From NCBI GenBank assembly GCA_051294375.1, contig CM119270.1, positions 7,488,671 through 7,552,670 on the forward strand: DNA of 64,000 nt. The letters run 5' to 3'. Under the pieces are notes generated by a model. That model saw only the letters and a program-made list of their open reading frames with translations, had not been told where the DNA came from and did no database searches. This document shows, piece after piece, positions 36,370 through 50,010 of the stretch; within the stretch, counting starts at the first letter, position 1, and each line of letters opens with the position of its first letter. Both the position numbers and the translations under genes were made by a program. Origin of the DNA: Paraspadella gotoi (lineage: Eukaryota > Animalia > Chaetognatha).

Positions 36370-38191
36370 ATCTCGTTCCTCCTCCAAAAAAAAAAAATCG
36401 TCAAATCATCTCCCCATCTCACTCTTCCTTCCCCAATTCGTAACTCCCTCTCTCCTAACGAACCTCCCATTCCTCTGTCCCCTCCCTCTCCCCTTCGCCG
36501 CCCCCCCGCCTCCCCTCTCTACGCGGCCGTCGGACAAAACTTCATTCCCTCCATCACATCATCATCAATCATCGATCATCATCATCACATCTAATCATCG
36601 TTAATCATCGCTATCGTCGTCGTCATTAGGTCGAAGGTATATTCCTCGTCGTTGTCGTCGTTGTCGTCGTTGTCGTCGTTGTCGTCGTCGACCATCAGCA
36701 TCGTGGTCGTCTTTCTTATTGCGTCAGACGAGCATTCCGATATTTTTGATTTAAAATTTTGGGGCAAACTAATGTTTTGGGGAAAACGTTTTTAAAATTT
36801 TACTTCTTTAGTCGATAAAGAAAATCGCGTGACAGCTTTTCTCGTGAAAAAAAAAGGTGAACTGACCTATGAGGATGGTGGACGTAGCGGCGTGCATGTG
36901 TTTCTTGTGACAACTTTCGTGAGGCTTTTGTGATAGAGATCCCGATAGCATCTCGACGATTTGAGTCCCGCGTCGAGAGATGCGGACGCATTGGTAGCCT
37001 TGGTTGCTGCGTTAGGAAGATAATTTGTTAAACAATTATTATTTAATTATATATATATAAAATTGATACAACCAATATACTTTAAATTTTAAACTTGAAA
37101 TTTGTATTGAAGTAATTAACTAAACCAAACAAAAAATATTATTTTGTACAAGACCCCATTAGAGTTTCGGTAAAACATGGCCAATTGTACATACATAATA
37201 AGTTATACAAAATCGTTAAAAGTACAAAACTTTGGCCCTCACAGACCTGTATCACTGCACACCTCTAAAAAACCTATCTTTCAACCCCATGGCGGTAACG
37301 CTCGCCCTACAAAATCACTACGGTATCCTTATTCCCCCAAACTTCTCCTCACCATCCCACTATGGTGTGAACAACGAGCTCGACACGCTCGGCCGTGCTC
37401 TTTGCTCGTCTGTGATGGCACCGGATGTAGGTCTCCGTTTTTCCAGTAGTGATGTTGAGGATTCTCATGGTGGAGTTGGAGGCGTCGGTCTGATCGAATG
37501 GAAGGGGGATGGAATCAAATCATTGGTCGTCGTCGTCGTCGTCGTCGTCGTCTTTGTTCTCGATGAAGTCATTATCAACATCAAAACCATTGTCGTCATT
37601 AAAAAAACCACTGGTCATTATCGCGGTCATTTTAGTAGACTAGAACAATAAATCTTTTTTCTCCAATCTCTATCCGTCATTAATAAGGCTTTTGTTTTTG
37701 TTGTTGACTTTGTCGTTGTTGTTATAAAAAAGATAGAAAAGAAAATGCATTTAGCAAAAAACCTAAAAAAAAAGAAGAGCCTCAGGATGAAATGGAAAGA
37801 AAGTGGAGGAAAATGTGAGGAGAGGAAGGGCGTACCTGAAAAATGCGCGTGGCAGCGAGGTCTCTCCACGCGGCCCATTTCAACCAACTGGGGAATTGAC
37901 ATTCGGTCGACGCCGGTTTCTCTGTCGCCAAAGAAGAAATTAGGAAACGATTATTGGGGAGGAAAAGGGAGGAAAATGGAGGAAAAAGGAGGAAAGGGAG
38001 GAAAAGGGAGGAAAGAGGGGGAAGAGAAGAGAGGGATTATTCAAAAATATAAAGAGGAAAAGAGAGTCAAGAAAAAAAAGATTATCAAAAAAAGGAGAAA
38101 AAAGGTCGGGGCAAAGGAGGTTGAGAAGAAGATAAGGAGAGGAAAAGTAGAAATTAAAAGTAAGTTGAAAGAGAGGGAGAGGGATAGGAGA

Positions 38192-38237
<46 letters not shown>

Positions 38238-38416
38238 AGAGAGAGAGAGAAGAGAGAGAGATGAGGAAACTGAAAGATGAGTGCGTGAAGTGAATGAAGA
38301 AGAACGAAGCGTCGATTTTGCTCGATTCAGCGAAAAAATTCCGAATGCGTCAAGCGGGACTCTTGCTCCGTCTCTCTCTCTTTTCTCTCTTCTCTCCTCC
38401 TCTCTCTCTCTCTCTC

Positions 38417-38466
<50 letters not shown>

Positions 38467-38614
38467 ACAATGTCCCCCTCGACGCCCTCAACAATTTTTT
38501 TCTCTCTGTCTTCTTTGTTTATCCTCTTCAGTCTTTGCCTCGCTCAATCTTTTCGCCATCGCCGTTTTTTATCGCTCTTTATACTTTGCCGACGTTGAAG
38601 CGAGAGGAGAGAGA

Positions 38615-38653
<39 letters not shown>

Positions 38654-38987
38654 AGAGGATCGAGAGCGAAGAGAAGAGGAGAGAGAGACTTTGGGGGGAA
38701 AAATAATTCACAGTCTTATGGGTTTTTGTGTGCCTCGAGACATGACAAATTTGGAAAACAGTCGGCGATGGAAAGGTCTGTCTCTTCTCTTTCTCTGGTC
38801 TATGATTCTAATCTCTTTCTCGTCTCTCTTTTTCTCTAAATTTTTTTCCCCTCTCTGTCTCTCTCTCGTGGATCTCTTCTCTCTCCTACGTTTCATTGGA
38901 CTTTTGCCTGGCCGCACGTATAATTAAGGGTGAGAGAGAACTGAGTTTTCCGCCCCAAATGAATCTGATCGCCTCTCTCTCGTCTCT

Positions 38988-39024
<37 letters not shown>

Positions 39025-42000
39025 CTTCTCTCTCTCTCTCTCTCTCTCTCGTCTCTCTTTCTTCTCTCTTCTTCTCGTTACTTCTTCCCTCTCTTATTCT
39101 TCTTTCCAACTTTCTCTTCTCCGCAATAAAATTTTTTTTAACGAAAACTTTTTTCAATTTTTATTTTCCGTCACAATCAAAGTTGGATTCAAATAATTGA
39201 AACCATTTATTCTTTACTTATTTTTATCCCCCGCTCACCCACCTATTCAACCAATCCTCTTACTTACCCGGACTAAGCTGAAGATTGAGCGGGCCCTCTG
39301 TCGGCGAGATGAGTCCTCGGCAGGTGGCGTCGGCGGACATCGCCACGTTGATCTTTTGTCCTCTGCGTTCGTAGGCCTTTTTGTGAGAAAATCGGAATGA
39401 GTTAAACAGATTTATCAATTTCTTTCTTTTACCTAGCAAACAAATTCTTAAATTAGATCGCACATATCCACATCATTGCCTAAGCCTTTCCCATGTCAAT
39501 GTAAGTAATAAATGTTCCTAAAAATCACAAAGCTAGTTTTTGATTTTGACCATAATTCGCTTAACAGTAAATACGAAAGCTTGAGATTATCAATAGGTAA
39601 TCATTGCTTATTGACAGGGAGCGAGAAANNNNNNNNNNNNNNNNNNNNNNNNNNNNNNNNNNNNNNNNNNNNNNNNNNNNNNNNNNNNNNNNNNNNNNNN
39701 NNNNNNNNNNNNNNNNNNNNNNNNNNNNNNNNNNNNNNNNNNNNNNNNNNNNNNNNNNNNNNNNNNNNNNNNNNNNNNNNNNNNNNNNNNNNNNNNNNNN
39801 NNNNNNNNNNNNNNNNNNNNNNNNNNNNNNNNNNNNNNNNNNNNNNNNNNNNNNNNNNNNNNNNNNNNNNNNNNNNNNNNNNNNNNNNGAAAGAAATAGA
39901 CCCCTAGCTCGTCCCAGTCCAAAAATAGATTCGCCGCTTCAGCCTGGAGGCAAAGTTAATTAGGAACGTCTTTGTCAACGTCGTCGCCATTTTCTTCTTT
40001 GTTTTAGTCTTTGTCTTCGTCGCTGCTGTCATTGTCATCGTCGCTGATGTCTTTGTCATTTACTCTATCGTCTTCTTTATTTTCATCGTCGTCTCCTTTG
40101 TCGTCGCCGAAACGCAAACGTCAAAACAAATAAACAAAAATTACAGGATGACCGACCAAGGCAAAGATGACGACGACGANNNNNNNNNNNNNNNNNNNNN
40201 NNNNNNNNNNNNNNNNNNNNNNNNNNNNNNNNNNNNNNNNNNNNNNNNNNNNNNNNNNNNNNNNNNNNNNNNNNNNNNNNNNNNNNNNNNNNNNNNNNNN
40301 NNNNNNNNNNNNNNNNNNNNNNNNNNNNNNNNNNNNNNNNNNNNNNNNNNNNNNNNNNNNNNNNNNNNNNNNNNNNNNNNNNNNNNNNNNNNNGAGAGAG
40401 AGAGAGAGAGATAACCTCATCGGATGGAATGAGAGAAAAATGTCTTTACGATAGGAAAACGACATTCAGAATAATTATGTGGAAAAGAATGGAAGGTAAT
40501 CTCAACCTTTTTTCGGGAGACTCTCTCTGTCTCTGACTCCGTTTCTCTCTCTCTCTCTATCTTTGTCTTTCTTTTGTCTTTTTTTNNNNNNNNNNNNNNN
40601 NNNNNNNNNNNNNNNNNNNNNNNNNNNNNNNNNNNNNNNNNNNNNNNNNNNNNNNNNNNNNNNNNNNNNNNNNNNNNNNNNNNNNNNNNNNNNNNNNNNN
40701 NNNNNNNNNNNNNNNNNNNNNNNNNNNNNNNNNNNNNNNNNNNNNNNNNNNNNNNNNNNNNNNNNNNNNNNNNNNNNNNNNNNNNNNNNNNNNNNNNNNN
40801 NNNNNNNNNNNNNNNNNNNNNNNNNNNNNNNNNNNNNNNNNNNNNNNTCTCCCCCTTCACCCTCCAGATTTTATTTCAAATTGTTGCATGAAATTTTGTT
40901 TGTTTTTCTGCTTCACCCCTAACCCCACCTCAGATTTTTTCTTTGTTTTTGTTTCAAAATTTAATTTTATTTCATCTGCATCGATCTTCATCTCAATTTT
41001 TATTTTCTTCGTCTTCTTCGTCGTTTGAGTTTGTTCTTTTTTTTTAAATCGACGTTTTCTTTTTTCAGATCGCAGCGCTACACCGCGGGAATCATCATTA
41101 CGACTCTCGTCGACGTCGTCCTCATCGAAGTTGTCGTTGCTGCTCGACAGGATTTGTCAATGTGTTTGTCGTCGTCGTCGTCGTCGACTTCGTCGTTGTT
41201 CTCGTCGGCGTCTTCGTCAATGGCAACGTCTTACATCTCCTTGGGCAAGATCTATTTTTCAAACACTCTTTCTTTCATTCTCCTTATTTTCTCGTTTCTC
41301 CCTTCCCTACCTTTCTTCCCTTTTTCTATCTCCCTTTTTCTCACTCACTCCTTCGCTTTTACTTCTTCCTTCTCGCCCTTCCCCTCTTCCGTTCCCTGTA
41401 TTCCCCCCTCTTTTATCCTCTTTCTTTTTCGCCTCTCGACTCTGTTTCTCCTTCCTTTCCTTTCCTCCCTACTCTCCTCCCCTTTCCTCCCTTTCCTCGC
41501 CTCCTTTTCTCATCTAAAGGCGGAGGCCATCTCCAATTTGTATCCGTCGGAAAGAATCAAAGAATAATGGGGAGAACCGAATCTGGGGTGACCGGGGTGT
41601 CGTGGTGGTGGAGTGGGGTTGTGACCTTTTGTAAGTGGGAGGAGGATGTGGGTGTGACCGGGAGTGGCCGGAGGGTGGTGGTTTCGGTGGCGTGATATGG
41701 TGGATGAGGGCGTCGCTTTTCGGCATTCCTCTCATGATCTGGTCCCGAGACCGTTATGAGAAAGAGAAGCCGGACCCCGGCGCGTTTTTGCCCCAAAAGG
41801 GTAGAAGGATCCATTCGTTGATTCGAGGAGTTTGCAAGATTGCGAGAATGACAGAAGTCGAGTCCGACCTTGGTGAAACAAGAGTGCCAAGGCGGCCATT
41901 GAAAGCCTTGTAATGGAAGCTATGCTAAAGAAGCCGTTAAAGTGAGTTACGAAAGTGTAAACGCAGAGGATGGGTGGGATTCTTGGGTAAAGAAAGAAAG

Positions 42001-43170
42001 GTTGAAGCTGGAATTTTGTGAGGTCCAGGTTGCTGGAGACGAATCTGGAATTAGGAGCGTCAGTCAGTCAGTCAGTAAGATGTGTATTGTGTAATTTAAG
42101 ATGTGTGTTGTGTAATTTAATTGTAGGTGGTTGAGGAATATAAAGGAAACTCCCTAAGTGGGTCGGTAACTCGAAAAGGGGGATAGGGCACGAAGAAAGG
42201 TAAGGCTACAAAAAATAAACGAAACGAAGACTACGAGAGACTTCGAGCGGCCGCGGGTAAGTTACGAGAACAATAACCGGCGCCCACCGGGTAAGGCCGA
42301 CAAGCAGTGGAGAACTGGAGGCAGGAGATGAGTACCCGACCATGCGATTTCAAGCACACGGGTGGTGAGTAGGATTTTCGTTCCCAAGTATTGGGAAATG
42401 CTTGGCAAAGAATAACTGTCGAAAATGAAATCTCGAAGAAATGACAAATTAAAGAGCGAAAAAAGGGAAAAAAAAGAGAAAAAGACGAGGAAAAATTATG
42501 AAGCTGCCGGGGAATTCCGGAGCGAACGAAGGGAGGGAGATTGGGAACCGAAAAAATGCCAATAACACGCGACCTAAAAACGGAAGAAAGGGATGAAGGG
42601 AGGAAAGGAAAGAGAGAAGGTAAGAAACAGGATTTGTACAATGATACAAACGTGAAATAGGTTTTTTTTTCTTTTTAATTCTTTTAATTCAAGCGGTGAA
42701 ACGTAAAAACAAAAAGAAGGGATTTAAGACAAAAATAGAAACAGAAGAATATAAAGCGAATGAAACCAAAAAGGATTAAATTCAGGGAGGAAAGAAAAAT
42801 ACAAGAAAAAGAGGAAAGAAAATGAACAACAAAACGACCCCAGCATGAAATAAAAGTAACGGAATAAAAAGAANNNNNNNNNNNNNNNNNNNNNNNNNNN
42901 NNNNNNNNNNNNNNNNNNNNNNNNNNNNNNNNNNNNNNNNNNNNNNNNNNNNNNNNNNNNNNNNNNNNNNNNNNNNNNNNNNNNNNNNNNNNNNNNNNNN
43001 NNNNNNNNNNNNNNNNNNNNNNNNNNNNNNNNNNNNNNNNNNNNNNNNNNAATCGGAAACAAAATCCACTGAAACAAGAAAAGTCTCGAAAATAAAAAGA
43101 AAATCCCCTTTCGTGGGCACATGATCTTTTTTTCGGGAGCTTAAGAAGTTAGAACTCAATTCTCCGAGGA

Positions 43171-43228
43171 AAACAAGCAATGTAAACAAGCAATGTAAAC
43201 AAGCATAATAAACACGAGCAATGTGAAC
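43171..43228. repeat. 13-bp tandem repeat AAACAAGCAATGT, ~4 copies
   Basis: Directly visible. Confidence 0.8.
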
Positions 43229-44419
43229 GAAGATTTTAAACCAGGAAATTGCTGGCAAGGAACTGTTTGGGCACTGTAATAAGTACAAGTGAAGCAGCAC
43301 AAATTCAAGTAAGAAATGAGCAACGAAAAATCATTGTGGATATTTAAAAAAGAAAGAGTTACAGGCGCTGCAAATACTCTCTCTCTCTNNNNNNNNNNNN
43401 NNNNNNNNNNNNNNNNNNNNNNNNNNNNNNNNNNNNNNNNNNNNNNNNNNNNNNNNNNNNNNNNNNNNNNNNNNNNNNNNNNNNNNNNNNNNNNNNNNNN
43501 NNNNNNNNNNNNNNNNNNNNNNNNNNNNNNNNNNNNNNNNNNNNNNNNNNNNNNNNNNCTCACTCCACATCCCTGCTCACCGAGTTTTCACTTTTCCTGC
43601 TCGTGGACTCAACTTCACTGACCCGGTTCTCTGTTTTTCCCGAAGAGAAAGAAAAACAGAAAAATGAAAACAAAGTCACGCGATAGTTTTTTTTTTTTAG
43701 TTTAAAAAAAATCCTTTTAAGCGGACGAAATTCAATCATAATTCACTGGGACCGAATGGAGAGAGATAGGCATTGGTGAGTAGAGGAAAGGGTAACCATT
43801 GTTTTGGAATATTGTAGACAATTGTAGACAATTGTAGACAATACTGATATAGTCAAACGGCTTTTATAATGTATTCGACCACTTCTTTTGCGTTTATTCA
43901 ATAGGATTTTGAGGAAACAGCCATACAGGATCAATAATACGTTATGGGTATTTTAAGAATTGGCTTTAGGACTTTGATCAGTGGAGCAGTCCTATTCTAA
44001 TGATCAAGAAAAATAATTTAAAAAATCTCGAATTAAAATTTTTTGCTAAACTTTTGTAGATTTTACAAAGTCATGATGAATCTATAATACGTTTCAACTG
44101 ATGAAATAAAAATATAAACCTAACATCGTCAGTTATTGAGTTACTGCAATATGCAAATAATAATATAAAACCGAGTTAAAAGCGGCCAATGCCCGAGAGG
44201 CAATGAGAATCTTTTTTTAGCTTTTTCTCGTCATTAAACATTCCAACGTGGCGAACTCTAATAAATACGAGAGCAAAACGAGAGGAAAAGTTATTCTCTC
44301 CTTTGATGAGAGAGAAAAGGAGAAAAAAAGGGAACTGGAACTGGAGAACCGTGGAGGGAAGATTTATTTTCCGCAGAAAAGGATTTGACAATAATCATTG
44401 ATTTGTAAAGCAGAGAGGC

Positions 44420-44508
<89 letters not shown>

Positions 44509-45203
44509 ACTCTGAGATCACGCGACGCATGGCGCCTGGTAAAGAAAAAAAAAGGGAAAGAAAAGAAAAAGGAAAATTGAAGGAAAGAAAGAAAGAAAAG
44601 AAAGAAATGAAAATAAAAAAGTTGAAAGGGAAGAGAAAAGGCAAAGTCTGGGGACGATGGGACAAAGTTTTTCCCGGTGAAGAATAAATGATCGAAGGGA
44701 AAAAACTCGTCGGAAAAATTGAAGAGAAAAATCTGAAGTTTTTTTTTCTTTTTGGTCTTTGAATCCCTGGCTCCGATTTCGTTGACAGAAAAGGAAAGAA
44801 AGAAATGAAAAAAAAAAAAAGAAAGAAAGAAAGAAAAAGAAAAGGATGGAAGAAAGAAGGAAAGAAATAAAGGAGGAAGGACAAAAGAAAGAAAGAAAGA
44901 AATATAGAGAGAAGAAAGTAATAAAATTAAAAGGACACCCTGTATAAACGCCTAAAAAGCCACTACACTGTTCTTTTTTTTCTCACATTTCCTCGGACAA
45001 GGTTTGGCCAAAAAGAAAAAGTAATTTATCATGATTTTCTCCCTTCGATAAAAGTAGGCCAATGCTTGACGTGGAAAGATGATGATGATGATGATGATGA
45101 TGACGACGATGACGACGATGACGACGACGACGACGCGGATGAAATTCGCAAACAACGAATGTCGAATGCAAAATTTGTGGTCAGAGCGATGGAGTTCTGC
45201 CAA

Positions 45204-46390
<1,187 letters not shown>

Positions 46391-46406
46391 TGCGGAAGAA
46401 GCAGAG

Positions 46407-46456
<50 letters not shown>

Positions 46457-46585
46457 GAGGAGCGAGGAAAGTGGACTGGGAGTGGAGTTGAATATAGGGA
46501 AAGAGGCGGAATGGAGGATGAGAAACGAAAAGAAAAAAAAGAAGANNNNNNNNNNNNNNNNNNNNNNNNNGCTGATGGAAGAAGC

Positions 46586-46616
<31 letters not shown>

Positions 46617-46649
46617 GAGAGAGAGGGAGAGGCGAGGAAAGTGGACTGG

Positions 46650-47084
46650 TGTTAGGGGGCAATACCTTGCGGAACCCCCAAGGGTCGATGGTGGCTGCAG
46701 ACCAAAGGGCAGCTTAAGAGTCTCGCGTTGCTCGGTATGCCCACTAGACGCGGCAGCAGGGGCGTCAACATTCACTAGCCCAGAGTCATACTCTGTAATA
46801 ATATAGTCAAGAGAGAACACAAATGGACATTCAGTAGTCACTAAGTAAAATCACGGAGATTACCCAACACCTCTGCTATAAAATATTAATCTTAACTAAG
46901 TGTAGCGAGGGGAAAAATAGTAAATGAATGAATTAAATAATTTGTCATGACGAAAAGAAAGGGGGGGTGAATAAAATCAATGAATCTTTAATAAATAAGA
47001 CATCATGATGATTAAATTGCACAAATGTTTATGACGGATTTCCAAAAGTTCCAATCGAGATTCCACAAGATTTGTTTCCTGACA
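46650..47084 (-). repeat. 3' LTR (435 bp) of the Gypsy element
   Basis: Begins TGTCAGG and ends CCTAACA (inverted TGTYAGG termini), and lies immediately after the PPT. The second LTR is not in the window. Confidence 0.8.
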
Positions 47085-47103
47085 TTATTCCCCCCTTTTT
47101 TTT
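47085..47103 (-). other. Polypurine tract of the LTR element
   Basis: AAAAAAAAGGGGGGAATAA directly abuts the TG of the LTR. Confidence 0.85.
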
Positions 47104-50010
47104 AGATTTGATCGCCCACGATCCAAGTCCATGCGATCCCAGGGGAGAACGTGAGGAGTCTGATATCGCTCAAGATTAGAGAAGCGGCCCGAGCTCCGAT
47201 TCGATCGAGGTTCTGTGTTGACGCAAAATTTGTAGATGAGCGATAACGCGTTAATAATGCGATTCGAAGCGCTACGGCGGTTGGTAAGTATCCACCCGAA
47301 AACGTAAGACCACGAGGCAGAACGGTGGCCGGGTCATGCGATAATGACAGGCATAGATGGAGCCGTCATAGACCGCGCTCAGTGCAGATTTTGCCAAGCG
47401 TCAATAAAATTTGTAGGGACCCAATTGAACTTGCGCGGAAGAAATCAGAAATAAATGTGGGTCTTGAAGACGTAGATCTGTCTCAGATTTTTTCTTTTAG
47501 AATTTCGCCCAATCCAGGCAACAGTTCGGGAGTCGAGCCTTGGCGCAGAAGTGAAAAGCGCGATCGCAAAGAGGTGAGCCAATCACTCTTTTCTGCTCCA
47601 AAACCGGGCAGTGGAACGTGATAGGCGATCGCGATATAATTCGATTTAAAAATTGATTTACGCAATTCCTTAGAAGTGGAATGGGTAATTTAATATTATA
47701 CCTGTGAGAAGGTGCGAATTAAAAAAATTGTGGAGAGATTGGTTGTATGGCTCACAGGCATGACGGCGCAAAGTTTTCCAAGGGAGTAGTGTGAATTTTC
47801 GTTGAGGGAGAAAACCGCGCATCTCTAGAAGTGCGTTGGCTAAAGATGAAGTGGATATAGCCCTCCTACCGATCGCAGTCTTGAAGACTTTATGTTGCCT
47901 CCGCAAATGCGTGAGCACATCTGTAATAAAATCCTGGTCTCGTACTTCTGCGGAAAATATCGAATCATGAGAATTTTCATTCGAAAATGAATTAAAGTGT
48001 TGTAGTTTTTAGGAAGTCCACCCAGCTGCTTGCAGCATGCCTTGGCAAAACGTCCTACGCGAAAGGTGAAAAATTTGTCGCGAAATCGCTGATCTTCTTG
48101 CACGTGAAAATATAAGAGGACGTTGCCAGTTTGGTCATGATGCAAGTTTCACTTTCGTGAGCATCGAGAACGAAGTCGACGATAGAGTAAATGTCCGCTC
48201 GTGGTAATGTGCGGCAGACCGCACGTAGAAGCAGGATCACGGCTTTCGTTGATGAGAATGTCTAACAGACGATCGGCGAAAATGAAAAAAAGAGAGAATA
48301 AATAAGAGTATTCAATTTGTGATGGCCCAATGTTGCCTGTTTTTCCATTAAATTTTTCGCAGACAAATTCGTAAGTTGTTATGAGGTGGGAAAAAGTTCG
48401 ACCATGATCCTTAGCGATTTGTATAGACGGTCTTTTCCTATTTAGTTTGGTCTTGGTAGCGTCGAGCCGGATGTTGGAGCCAAAAATTCTGAATTTTTTT
48501 TAGAAAGGATCTGCGAGTTTTGAATATGTCGTAGATACTTCGGAAATTTCCGAGTGGATTCTGCTCAAAATTTGAGGCGGGAGACAATTTTGACGCTGGA
48601 CGGGGGCGCGAATAAAGTCGGCGCCAAAATCTCGTTCGGACAACCGAATGAGAATTGGAATCATCTTGAACTGAATCCAGAGTTGAGAGCGACTTCATCT
48701 GCTGGTTGGCGCCCAACCAGAATCGGGTTGAACAATAAAGTTGCTCAGACGAGAAGGATGTCCATGAGTCAAGGGTGAACCATCAGCGTATTCGATGACG
48801 AATCGTCGCCAGTTCTCATCTTTCTTTAATTTTGCCTTTGCAATTCCTTCCGTTTTCGTTTCACACTTTCTTCGTATTCGGCGTCGGGCAACTCGGTTTT
48901 TCGAAGTAGGAAGCACTTTCATTGAGCGCCCGCAACGTCAAAACATTCCTCTCGGCGGCCAACTGTAGTCGCCGTCGCGGTAGACTTGTGCCGGCGCTAA
49001 AGAAGCGAACGAACTTGTTTGTCTGATTCTTCTTCGATCCCGACCAAAAATTTGCGTCGTTCTTACGAGTGAACGAATTGAGCGCGCGCGGCAGTCCAAC
49101 TTTTTCCAGTAATTTATGAGTCGCATCGCACGCCGTCTTAAGAATCCGAGAGTAGCGTATGAGATCATCGAGGTGTAAGAAGGGAGCGGGATTCTGAAAA
49201 ATCCGCTCTATGGTCTCTGTTGAATCCGCGTTTATGCCATGAAATAGTTTTTGGAACGCAAAAATGGTGAAAAACGCGAGGGAGATATTTATTTTCTCTT
49301 GTCCAATCCATATTTGACGAAGCGGTAAAGAGCCTGGAGGTCCTTCAGCGAGACTTTGGGCAAAAGCCAAAGGATTTTAGTAACCTCAATATATTTGATG
49401 TTACGCCACGGACCTAGATCAACTTTAAGCAGTTTACCGATCTTTCAATGTGTCTTTGACGTCTTTTCCGACGAAGATCATCTTGGATGAAGGAAAACTT
49501 CTTTAGGAAGGGCGGGACACCCTGTGAAAACATTGCTTTGCCTTTTGAAGAAGAGCACTGATACAGGGCATGGACGGATTCTTGCCATATTTGGCCGAGA
49601 GCTGAATCTGTCGAGATATCGCCTTCCGTGTCAAGGCCGGTAAATAAGGTAATGCGGAACTTTGATCGGCGAGTGAAAAACTTCGCGCCCCAACCTTCTC
49701 GTCTACTTTGTGATCAGAACGTTGGTAAACCTTGTTCGCCGGGAAAACTTCCAAATGAAACTTTTTCCTATTTTCGCGAAAATTCGTATTCTTGATAGCG
49801 GGACAAATCAGAAGTGGACGTAGCAGGCGGCAATTGGGACGTGATGGCGGATAGTTTATCGAGATCAACTTGGATGTCGGCCATCCTAATATGGACGCGG
49901 ATAAAATCCACTTGTCGTCGGAGGAAGGGAAGGTGGTGGTTCGCTAATGGCGGACCGAAACCCTCATCACGAATGGGTGGGACAGTATCCTGAGACGATG
50001 TATTCTCCAT
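47102..50010 (-). pseudogene. Large extra ORF (~950 codons if indels are repaired) between integrase and the 3' LTR; product unknown
   Basis: A chain of overlapping high-complexity minus-strand ORFs (49768-50010, 49503-49868, 48861-49370, 48695-48922, 48438-48716, 48055-48240, 47670-47918, 47483-47665) starts at ATG 50010. One frame ends at a TAA overlapping the PPT. Confidence 0.55.

Noticed and set aside
46650-47084. Reading the LTR as a plus-strand 5' LTR
   Set aside because: No TGG primer-binding site follows it; the PPT and integrase both indicate minus orientation.
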